64,000 nucleotides of DNA, taken from the NCBI GenBank assembly GCA_965240325.2, contig OZ251238.1, positions 1,240,001 to 1,304,000 of the forward strand. The letters run 5' to 3'. Positions within the stretch are counted from its first letter, which is position 1. Every line of letters starts with the position of its first letter. Under the pieces are notes generated by a model. That model had not been told where the DNA came from and ran no database searches. It worked only from the letters and a program-made list of their open reading frames with translations. The stretch comes from Rebecca billardiae RCC1528 (lineage: Eukaryota; Protista; Haptophyta). The translations under genes and the position numbers were made by a program. This document shows positions 22,183 through 33,200 of this stretch, piece after piece.

Positions 22183-22664
22183 TGGCTCTGGCTTCGGTTG
22201 ACCCCTGCCAGAGACGGGCACTGTGAGCTCCTTCGTCATCATGAAGTCACTCGTCGTGAAAACTGCACAGGAGGACCTCAATGGATGCCTAGATGATGAC
22301 TTCAGTCTTCAGAGCGATATATTGATGGGCCAACAAGCACTTCCTCTATAGTTCAGACTCTATTTTTACTATGTATTTACCCATTTCAGACTCTGGTCAG
22401 AACACGGTCCGGGAGCGATCCGGATGCACCCGTAGCTATTGGAAATATGTCACGGGACTGGGTAAATAGCTATGAAAAATAGAGTCTGAAGTACTCACAA
22501 ACTGAGTTTCACACCCTGGGCACTTATTGGCCATCCATAGTAACCCTACTTGGAGCTCTGTGGGACACTTCGGGCGTTCATTCGGCCGCAGGAATGCGAA
22601 GATCATTTTCGGTACGCCCGGTTTCTATGACCGGACTGGCAGGGGTCAACCGGAGCCAGAGCCA
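22183..22664. mobile_element. MITE-like element with 29-bp TIRs
   Basis: tggctctggcttcggttgacccctgccag / ctggcaggggtcaaccggagccagagcca (1 mismatch). AT-rich interior with a second inverted repeat at 22352-22381 / 22461-22490. TSD ambiguous. Confidence 0.75.
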
Positions 22665-22926
22665 CACTTATAATCAGTATAAATAAATAAATAAATATAA
22701 ATATATATATATATATATATATATTTACAAGCGCAGTCGTCGTATACTGAGTACAACACGAAAAAACATGACTCGCGCGAAGTCGCGAGTCAGTAGAGTG
22801 GCCGCCACTCGCGAAGCAGTCGCGAGTGGCCGACTCGAGTGCCGGCACAGGCTTCGGGCATGCCGTGGCCGGGCGGGCGTCGGGTTCAGCGCGCTCGGGC
22901 CGAGACGAATGCGCGTGTGCCCCTCA

Positions 22927-24954
22927 CTACCGGCCCGAGCTCGCGCCGAACGCGGGCTGGCGCGAGAGCGTGGGTGCGATGCGCGGGCTGTCTGAGCGCT
23001 GCAGGCTGAGCGAGGTGTGCAGCTGCACGCTCACGTCCGCGCTCAGCGAGCTCTGCGTGCTCGGCCCGCGGTACACGGCTGGCGAGCTCGAGGCCTCGTC
23101 GGCGTCCCTGCGGATGGTGTCTGTGCAGGCGCGGCGCGCGGAGGAGGGGCGTGCGTGGGTGAGCGGCGCGGAGCGACGGGGCGTGCGCCACAGTGTGGCG
23201 CACGGGCGCGAGACGATGCGCGGCGGCGGGCGCGCGCGCGCACCGAGCAGCGCGGGCGTCAGCCCTCCGACCGAGCGGTACACTGGCCCGTCACCGCCCA
23301 CGCCCGGCCGGCGGCTCGCCGCGGCGCGCGTGCGCGGGCCCTGCCGCGCCTCCGCCGCGGTGCTCCCCGAGTCCATCGGCTGGATCGCGCTCGCGCCGCT
23401 CGAGTCGACGCGCTCGACGTCCGACTCCGCGTCGGCCATCACTGCGGACATCTCGCGCGCGCCCGACGCGTGCAGCTCGGCGATGGTCGCGGCGCTCGTC
23501 GGCGGCGTGCGCGGCGGGCGGCGCTTGCGCGAGTCGCGCTCGCGCGGCGGCGCGGCCACGGGCGGGTCCGGCACCGTCGGCGTCGTGCGGCCGCGCGCCC
23601 CGACGCCCGAGCCACCGCGCGCCGCCTGCCGCAGCGTCGCGTGCGCCCCGGCCTCGGGCGCGACCGGCGTGCGCGCGTGCGGGGCGACCACGGCGGCAAA
23701 GGCGGCGTACGCGCGCTCGAGGTTGGTGTGCAGGCTGGAGGGCGCGTGCGCCGGCTGCGGCTGCGGCTGCGGCTGCGGCTGCGGCCGCGGCTGCGGCTGC
23801 GCCCGCCGCGCGGCCGCAGCGGCGGCCGCTGCGGCCGCGTTGGCGTGCGCGTGCGCGTGCGCCTGCGCGTGCGATGGCGGCGTGAGCGGCTGGCGCGTCG
23901 CCGCGGCGGGCACGCGGCTGTTGTGCGAGACGGGGGCGGAGTGCGGGCGGAGGAGCTCCTCGAGGCGCTCGCGGTTGGCGAGCGCGAGCGGCAGCGGGTT
24001 GAGCGTGAGCTCGATCATCGCGCGCACGCGCGGCGCTGCGTGCGCGCGCAGCCAGGGCGAGGCGAGCAGTTCGTCCACGCGCAGCCGCTCAAACGGGTTG
24101 GCGCGCAGCATCGTCTCGAGCAGCTCGGTCGCGCCGGCGGAGAAGGGGCACGAGCGGTTGTAGAAGGAGAAGATCGTCGCGCACGCCGACTCCCCCGCCG
24201 CCTCCGCGCGCACGAACCGGCGGAACCGCCAGTCCACCTCCTTGGCCTCGTCGAGCGGGAAGAAGCCGGCGAGCATCGCAAACAGGCAGATGCCGCACGA
24301 CCACACGTCCGCGGCGAAGCCGTTGTACCCCTTGCCCGTGTTCACCTCGGGCGCGGCGTACGACTTGGAGCCGCACTTGTCCTTGAGCACGCGCGGCACC
24401 GGCCGGCCGTTGAGCACGTCGTGCAGCGCCGCCAGCCCGAAGTCGATCAGCTTGAGCTGGCCGCTCGGCTGCAGCAGCACGTTCTCCAGCTTGATGTCGC
24501 GGTGGGCGACGCCCTTGGCGTGGCAGTGGTGCACGGCGAGGAGCAGCTGGCCGAAGTGCGTCGCCGCCTCGCCCTCCGACATCACGCCCAGCTGGATCAC
24601 GCGGTCGAACAGCTCGCCGCCCTTCACAAGCTCCATCACGACGCAGAAGTGCTCGCCCTCCTTGTACGAGTCGAGCACGCGCGCGATGTTGGGGTGGTTG
24701 AGCTCGCGGCCGATGCGCACCTCGCGCTGCAGGCTCTCCTCCTTCACGCGCGTCAGCGGGATCTTCTTCACTGCGACGCGCATGTGCGGGTGCCCGTCGA
24801 CGCTCGCCTCGTACACCTTGCCGTACCCGCCCTCGCCGAGCGGCGTCTCGCTCAGCCGGTACGTGGGCGGGCCCGAGAGCGCGGGCTTCTTGCTCGTCTG
24901 CTGCTCGTGCGGCTTGGGCGAGAGCGCCTTGCTGATGATCTGCCGCAGCTTCAT
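22927..24954 (-). CDS. Ser/Thr protein kinase, CAMK/SNF1-like group; probable in-frame intron 23121-23243
   Basis: GEGGYG, VAVKKI, HPNI, GGELFD, HRDIKLEN, DFG, CGSKSYAAPE, DVWSCG. Confidence 0.92.
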   Translation of the reverse strand: MKLRQIISKALSPKPHEQQTSKKPALSGPPTYRLSETPLGEGGYGKVYEASVDGHPHMRVAVKKIPLTRVKEESLQREVRIGRELNHPNIARVLDSYKEGEHFCVVMELVKGGELFDRVIQLGVMSEGEAATHFGQLLLAVHHCHAKGVAHRDIKLENVLLQPSGQLKLIDFGLAALHDVLNGRPVPRVLKDKCGSKSYAAPEVNTGKGYNGFAADVWSCGICLFAMLAGFFPLDEAKEVDWRFRRFVRAEAAGESACATIFSFYNRSCPFSAGATELLETMLRANPFERLRVDELLASPWLRAHAAPRVRAMIELTLNPLPLALANRERLEELLRPHSAPVSHNSRVPAAATRQPLTPPSHAQAHAHAHANAAAAAAAAAARRAQPQPRPQPQPQPQPQPAHAPSSLHTNLERAYAAFAAVVAPHARTPVAPEAGAHATLRQAARGGSGVGARGRTTPTVPDPPVAAPPRERDSRKRRPPRTPPTSAATIAELHASGAREMSAVMADAESDVERVDSSGASAIQPMDSGSTAAEARQGPRTRAAASRRPGVGGDGPVYRSVGGLTPALLGARARPPPRIVSRPCATLWRTPRRSAPLTHARPSSARRACTDTIRRDADEASSSPAVYRGPSTQSSLSADVSVQLHTSLSLQRSDSPRIAPTLSRQPAFGASSGR

Positions 24955-27218
24955 GCCGGTCGCGCGCGAGTTGCTGTGCGCTGCGAGTGCGCTGCCGTCC
25001 ACTCCCTGCAGTTGCTCACCGCGGGGACGGCCAGGCACGTTTGTTGTCGGCCAAGAACCCGGCGGCACTCCTAATAAGGAAGCCGCGGAAGCGGGTACTC
25101 TGCTAGTAGGAGACGTCCCAAAAAGCGGCGCTGCTTAGGGGAAAGGCTGACGCGCACAGGAAACTTCGATCCAACTTCCGGTGCCGCCCGTGCGTCCGCC
25201 GTCCTCAGTCCTGGGCGCGCGCCCAGGACCGGAAGCACTGCTGTGCTGCGGAGCGAGGCTGGACAGCTGCGCGCGTCGCGTCCCCGCCCGTCGCGCCTCC
25301 GTGCCTCCGTGCACGGGATGACCGGGAATCCGCACCTGGCCATGTGCCAGGTGCCTGCCATTTCGTCGAGGGCCTGAAGCTCGCGAGCTCGTTCAGATTA
25401 ACAGGGCTGTGCTCCTCATCGGAATCACGGATGAGTGACGGTCGGCCGCCTCTGCGGGATCGCCCTTGCACTGACGCGCGGCGCCGAAGACCACAGCAGC
25501 GGTGCTGCTAGGAGCCTTGGTGTCTGCTGTCTACCCGGACGAGTGAGCTCGAGTAGGCGTCATCAGTGTGACCTCCGTCAGCGATGAGCCGAGTGTGAGT
25601 AGCGCTCGAGCCTCGACGACATGGCGCAAGGAAATCATCACTGCCTCGGATGGCGCCTGAGGCTTGCAAACCACGCCCTCCGAATCCCTGCTCGACCGAG
25701 AGGCACCATCCGTCAGGACCTGATGACTTCCGGGAGCGTGTTTGAATACGGGTTGCGTATCCCCCCCGCCCCTTGCCCGCGCGGACAGCTGCAGCCAAGA
25801 AGGCCAGGCAATTAGTTTAGCGCGCCCTCCCCGATAATCGTCCCGCGCCGTGCGGGCATGGCCGGCGCGTGCGGACTGCGGCGTGGAGGCGCATGGCGGC
25901 TGTTGTCGTGCCAGCCGTGCCCACTGTGATAACGGTTCACGCACGCCCCACGCGACCAAGATGCCTGTGAAGCGTGCCCTCCTTTCGCTGGCGCACTGGC
26001 CGCGGTCTCTGATCGAGTCTCTGCTGCGTCAACACTCGACAGCCAATTTTCGCGGTGATATGAATCACTGAATAATGTGATCACCACACACCACGCTCGG
26101 ACGGTGGACGCTGCGGCCGGCGTTTCGACCGGGTGCTGGCCTCAGCCAGAGCCAGTTCAGCAACCTCCAGTACGACACGCTGACGCTGACGAGAAACCGG
26201 ACGTGAGGCGGCGGCTGCCGCCCGTACCGGGTCGACTCGGCATCTTTGACTTGCCCCCACGCCCCAGACAGTGCTGCCATCACACGGCTGCCAACCCGCA
26301 TGCGGGCTTGGGAGGTTCCCGGCATTCGGACACTGTGCCGGCATGCATGAGTCTCAGCGGCTGTCCTGACGCACGCGCAGGGTGGGCTGCTCAACACAGA
26401 GCGCTAGCTCCATTATTATGATGATATGGTGGTATTGCAGCGAATCAGCGATGAGTGGAGAGTACCAAGTTTTGAAATATAGAACCATATAAGTTGGCGT
26501 AAGTGCTGATCACCATAATGATACAGCATCGCAGTGCTTCCGCACCCGTTCTGTTGAACATTCTTCTGTCAACCGACGTTCTACTGTTCACATAATCAGG
26601 CCTGGCCGCCTGATTGGTGGTGCCACATGGGTTGAGTATGCAGGTCGTAACTTTGTAAACGTATTCCTTTTCGCATATCCAGCTGATGCATGTATGTGTG
26701 ATTGACGAACGCTCGAACAGCCCCAATTCATGATTGGCTGCCGGAGCTCGCGAACAATGCAAGACGTGCTTTCGAACACGCATTGGGGGCACCCCCACCC
26801 GTGCTTTCATATTGAATGTTGAGATTGGCGCCTTGCGAGAGCTGATTTGAGCATGATCTCCAAGCTCACGACGTCCTAAATGCTCTCCTGAGAAGCCATG
26901 ATGAGAAGAATAGGGGACTTTCCAAGGGGTATGCCAGGCGCATTTGAGCTTGGCGTGTTCGTCAAGGTCAGCTAGGCCAATGCAATTGATTTCGGGTGGG
27001 TGCCGAAGTTTCACGCACGCCCATTCCTGCTTGATCATAGCGCGGCGAGTCAAGGACAGGCTCGTGACGGAACTCCGGGTAAAAGCGGTACTCATCAGTC
27101 CTGAGCCAGGGCTGTCATGGGTAATGCAGAGCTCGCGCGTTGCGACCAAAACATCCGCAAGCTTTCACCCGCACCGTGTCCGCACGATCTCACGTGCGCG
27201 GCCGACCGTAACCGCGCG

Positions 27219-30200
27219 ATGCCGCTCCTCGACTCAGCCAAGGCGATAGCCTTCGGCGTACGCCTCGGCGGGTCCTCTGCGCCCAAAAGCATCCTTCACG
27301 CAAACGAGCGCGGCCAGAACCGCGCGAATGACAAGCACATCCGCTGGCGCCAAGTGCTCACAGCCGACAACGACAAGGAGGCCGAGGAATTCAACAAGGA
27401 GATCGAGCGCGAGCTCCTTGACAAGTGGTCCTCCACCTACAAGCTGCTGCACCTGCTCATGCTCATGTATGAGGAGCTCGCAGTCCCCGTGCGCCTCGCG
27501 TACCCCCTGTGGGTCATCCTCAACCCGGGCTTCATCCTCATCGACGTGATCACAGACGTGCGCGCATGCGCCGCGCGCCGGCCGCCGCGCTGCGCGCGCG
27601 CGCGCGCAGCGCACGCTCGCACACGCGGCGGTGGCTGAGGCGCGCTCGACCGTGCGCGCGCTCGTGCGCCCGCACAGATGTTCGAGGTCGTTTGGATCTG
27701 GAGCGAGGTGCGCTTGGCGTACAAGAACAACCACCCGAAAGACGGCGTGGCCGGTGCGGCCACGCCCGTGCAGCACTGGCGGTACACGCCGCGCTGGCTC
27801 GTCGTCGACCTGCTCGCGATCATCGGGCTGTACGCGACGCGCGCACTGTACCTCGCGCTCGGCATGTACTACCCGTTCGAGATCGTCCAGGCCCTGCGGC
27901 TGCTGCGCGTGTACGACCTCACCATCGCGATGGAGGACATCAACCAGGACCTCTCGACCAACGTCACGTTCCTGAGCGTCTTCAAGTTCACGCTCGTGCT
28001 CGTCTCCGTGCCGCACTGGGTCGGGTGCGCGTGGTGGTTCATCGCGGAGAAGGACCAGCACGACCACGCGTCGCTCGACCTGCCGGCGTGGCCCGCGCAG
28101 CTCATGCTCATGGCGGGCAACGACGAGTTCGAGCCGCACCAGGCGACGGGCTTTGAGCGCTACCTGATGTCGTCCTTCATGGCGTGGGGCGGCGTCACGG
28201 CGATGGGCTACGCCGGCGTGATGATCGCCAACGAGTACGAGATCCTGATGGCGGTGCTGATCGCGGTGATCCAGATCGTGTTCTACGCCTTCGTGCTCGG
28301 TACCCTCTTCCACTACCTCGTGCGCACCGACGAGAACGTCGTGCACTACAAGGCGCTCGTGAAGACGCTCGACACGTACATCGAGCTCAAGGCGCTGCCG
28401 GAGGAGGTCGCCGAGACGATGCGCGACTACTTCGAGTACCGGCAGAAGAAGCAGGCGTCGGGCGCGCTGCGCGTGATCGCGATGATGCCGCACGCGCTGC
28501 GCTCGCGCTTCGCCTCCGAGCAGTACATGAAGGAGATCAAGGCGGCGTGGTGCTTCTTCGGCACGACCGAGCAGCTGCTCTCCGCCATCTCGATGGCGCT
28601 GATGGAGCGGTACGTGATGCCGCGCGAGCAGGTGCTGCTGCGCGGCGACGGCTCGCACGAGCTGCTGTGGTGCGTGGTCGGCGCGCTCAACGTGATGAAG
28701 GGCGACCAGCACATCTCCACGATCCGCTCCGACCTCGGCGAGGGCATGCTCACCGGCGAGACCGCCTTCTTCCTCGGCGTGCCGCAGCCGTACACGGTGC
28801 GCGCGACGCCCGACTCGGACGTGAAGCTGCTCGTGCTCTCGCACGACGACTACGAGGAGATCATCAAGACGTACCCGGAGCAGTCCGACCTGATCGTGCG
28901 CAACGTGCTGCGCAAGTTCGGGCTGAGCAAGAGCGGCGAGGAGCTCCAGGCCGAGGGCACCGGTGACCTCGACGAGGACGAGGCGAAGGAGCTCGCCGAG
29001 ATCAAGGCGGTGATCCGGCTCGCCATCCTGGAGCGGCAGGTGAACGCGCTGCAGCAGATGTTCACCGCGGCGGTCACGGGCGACGTGAAGACGGTGGCGG
29101 CGCTCACGGCGCGCGGGTTCGACCTCAACACCGGCGACTTCGACGGCCGCACCACGCTCCACCTCGCCGCCTCCGCGGGCCACACCGCCGTGGTCACGCA
29201 GCTCTGCCAGCTCGGCGCCAACTCGGAGGCGCGAGACCGCTGGGGCATGACGCCGATCGCCGACGCGGTCTCGGGCCGGCACACTGCGGTCGCGGAGGAG
29301 CTGCAGCGCAACGGCTCGGTGCTCGAGATCGCCGAGGCGGCGGCGCGCATGCACGAGGCCGCGGTCACGGGCGACCTGAACTACATGTCGCTGCTCGTCT
29401 CGCAGGGCATCGGCATCAACGTGTCCAACCACGACAGCGTGACGGCGCTCCACCTCGCGTCGGCGGTCGGCAACGTGCGCGTCGTCGACTACCTGCTCAC
29501 CAAGCTCGCCGACGTGAACATGAAGGACCGCTGGGGCATGACGGCGATCGACGACGCGATCGCGAACGAGCAGAAGATCGTGACGCAGCTGCTCGCCGTC
29601 AACATGGCGATCCCCGACCCGGAGCGCATGGCGAAGAAGATGCGCGCCGCCGCGAACGAGGGCGACGCGGAGAACCTGCAGTTCCTCGTCGAGGTCGGCG
29701 CGTCGCTCGAGGCGCGCGACTACGACAAGCGCACGCCGCTCCACCTCGTGGTCGCGTCGGGCTCGCTCGCCGCGACGCACTACCTCGTGGGCAAGGCGGC
29801 CAACGTCAACGCCATCGACCGCTGGGGCAACACGCCGCTCGTCGACGCGCTCAAGACCAACATCGAGGCGGCGGCCATCCTCGTGAAGCACAACGACGCG
29901 ACGCTGCCCAAGTCGCGCCAGGACGACGAGGTGCTGGTCGGCCTGTACAAGACGTGCTTGACGCTGCCGATGTACGAGATGATCAACAAGCTGCACTCGC
30001 TGCAGGAGGAGCGGCGCGCGCTCACCGTCACCAAGTACGCCAAGCGGCGCGGCGTCGGCCTCGCCTTCAACGGGCTGAACGAGCAGATGCACAAGCTGCA
30101 GAAGCTGCACGCCTCGCTGTACAAGGCCATCTTCCGGCACACCGACCACTGGATCGCCTCGTACGGCGTCGACGACGAGGAGGAGGCCGACGGGAACGAG

Positions 30201-33200
30201 GACGAGGAGGACGAGGAGGAGGACCCGGCCCTCGCCGCCGACCCCGAGCGCGCCGCGCTCGCGTCGCTCGCGATCTCGACCGGCGCCGCCGCCGCCGCCG
30301 GCGCGGACGGCGCCGAGCCGGAGGAGGAGCACGCGCAGGCCAAGGAGTTTGTGCGGCTCGTGCTGCGGCTGCCCAAGGCGGAGGAGGGGCTGAGCGTGCT
30401 CAAGGCGGACTTCGACGACATCGTCGGCGCGGCGGGCGCAAAGGCGTCGGGTGAGGCCGCGCGGCGGCAGGCCGAACACGAGGCGACCAAGCGGATGATC
30501 GTCTCGTGCGGCCTCACCGCCGACGAGGCGGCGGGCGCCGTCGAGGAGCTGTACAAGGAGCTGCGCGGCATGCTCGGCGACGTCTCGCCGTGCTCGCCCG
30601 AGACCTTCGAGAAGGAGGCGGCGGCGTTCGCGCAGAAGCTGCGCGAGAAGGGCGCCAAGGACCGCGCCGAGCGCGCCGCCGCCGACGAGATGGCGGCCGC
30701 GGTGGCCGACGGCGCCGTCGCGCCCGGCGAGCTGGCCGACATCGTGGCCGCGGAGGGCGCGCCGGGCGCTGCGCCGCCGCCGCCGTCCAAGGTGCTGCCA
30801 GAGGCGACGGCGGCGGGCGCGACGGTGCTCGACGGCACGCGCAAGGGCGCGAAGGGGCCGCCGCTCGAGCCGAACACCGACCCGAGGCGGCGCGGCTCGC
30901 TCTCCCTCGGCGTGAACACGCGCCGGCTCTACCTCTCGGAGGTGGGCCACGTCGCGCTCTTCTGCTCGAAGCGGATGGTCGAGGCGCTCGCGCAGAAGCG
31001 CGCGCGCACCGTGCGGCAGTCGATGACGTACACCGGGCCCGCCGAGGGCGCGGGCGGCGAGGCGGCGGGCGCGGCGGAGGCGGAGGCGGAGGCGGACGAC
31101 GAGCTCGACACGCCGGTGGGCCGGCGGCACCGCAACCGCACGAGCAACTCCAATTTCGCCTCGGGCCAGAGCCAGAGCTCGCCGGGGCCGAGCCCGCCGT
31201 CCTCGCCCGCGCCGGGCGGCAGCCGGTGGCGGCGCTCGCAGAAGATCACGCCCGGCGCGGACGGGCAGCTGCACGCCGAGGGCGACGAGGCGGCGCAGGC
31301 GGCCAACGCGCGCGCCAAGAAGGTGGACACGGCCGAGGCCGCCGCCGAGGCGGCGTACGTGATCAGCCGCATGTTCCGCGTCTTTGACCGCCACCGGCGC
31401 GGCGCGATCAAGCTCTCGGACGTGCGGCGCGTGCAGCTCGACCTCGGCGAGATGGGCGGCCCCGAGATCAAGGCGCTGCTCAACTCGCTGCGCGAGGCGA
31501 CGAGCGAGGTCGAGGCGCTGCGGCTCAAGGTCATCCGCGCGGCGGCCGCCGCCGAGGCCGAGATGCCCGAGGACGCCGACGCGCTCAACAACCCCGCCGC
31601 CGCCAAGAAGTACCCCAAGTCGTTCACGCGCACGCACTTTGCGATCGGCGTCTCGCACTGGATCCTCGCGAGCGCGGACGCCGAGGCGGGCGGCGGCGCG
31701 CCCGCGGCGGACGGCTCCGAGGTCGCCGAGGACGCCGAGGACGACGCCGCCATCGGCGCCGACGCCGCGCTCGCCTCCGACTCGCCGCTCAAGCTCAAGC
31801 TCGGCTCGGCGGGCATCGTCGAGAAGCAGGAGAAGAACTCGCGCCTCTCGGCCGCGTCGCCGCTCAAGCTCGGCAAGAAGGCGACGGCGGCGAGCAAGCT
31901 GCACGACTCGATCGCGGACGACGAGCTGCAGAAGAGCAGCCTGTACGCCGCCCTCTCCTCCTGGGCCGCGTACATCGCGCTCGCCGACCTCATCGACCAG
32001 CGCATCGACACGGGCCGTCTGGTCGCGCACGAGCTCACGGACGCGGGCACGCTGCTCGGCTTCGCCTCGCACACGGTCACGCTCGTGCTCGGGCCTAACT
32101 CGCCGACGCACCTGTGCACGTGGGCGGAGGACAAGCTCGACCTCAAGCTCGCGCCGCCGGGCCACGTCGCCGCCAGCGCCGCACAGGCCGCGGACAACGG
32201 CGTCGACACGTGGGCGGGCGCGGCGATGACGGCCGAGACGGAGGGCTACGTGTCGTGGATGCACGTCGCCGAGGAGCTGCGCGACCGCGGCAACAAGCTG
32301 CGCATCGCGAGCATCGGCGTGGCCGAGCAGGGCGTGGTGCAGACGCCGTACCAGCGCATGCGCAACCACCTCGTGGCGCGCAAGCAGCGGCTGCGCGAGA
32401 TGACCTCGGGCGGCGACGGCGTGCGCGTCGAGATCCGGCCGTGGTACGTGGTCGACCACACGTCGCGGGTGTACACCAACATGCACCGCCTCTTCATCAT
32501 GGCGGTGGCGTACGACGCGCTGGTCGTGCCGATGATGCTCGCGTTCCTCGACGAGACCTCGCGCATGGCGTGGATGCCCGTGCTCAACGGCGCGATCGAC
32601 GTGCTCTACTGGCTGCGCATCGTGATGATGTTTGTGACGTCGTACGTGAACGAGTCGTCCGTCACGGTCGTCGACCCAAAGATGATCCGCGGCCGCTACC
32701 TGATGACCGACTGCATGCCCGACATGGTCGCGGCGCTGCCGCAGGACTCGATCGCGCTGATCTTTCACGAGCCCTTCGTCGTCGTCTACGGCCTGCGCCT
32801 CATGCGGCTGATCAACCTGCGGCACGCGCGCCGCGCGCACGCAAAGTGGCTCTCGTCGCTCGGCGACGACGACATGACGCTCTGGCTGTGGCACTACATC
32901 TCGGTGCTGCTGCTCGCCGCGCACTACACGTCGTGCATCTGGAACGCGCTCTCGAGCCACGCGTGGGCCGAGCGCACCTGGCTCGACGCGTACACCGCCG
33001 ACGCCGCGGCGGTGGGCAAGGTGGTCGACTTTGTGCACGTGCCGGCCGAGCAGGCCTTTGTGACGCGCTACCTGATCTCCGTCTACTTTGTGATGAGCAT
33101 GATCACCACGCTCGGCATCACGCAGGTGCCGATCAACTACAGCGAGATCGTCTTCTTCCTGTTCCTCATGGTCTGCAACCTCACTATCTGTGCGTCCCGC

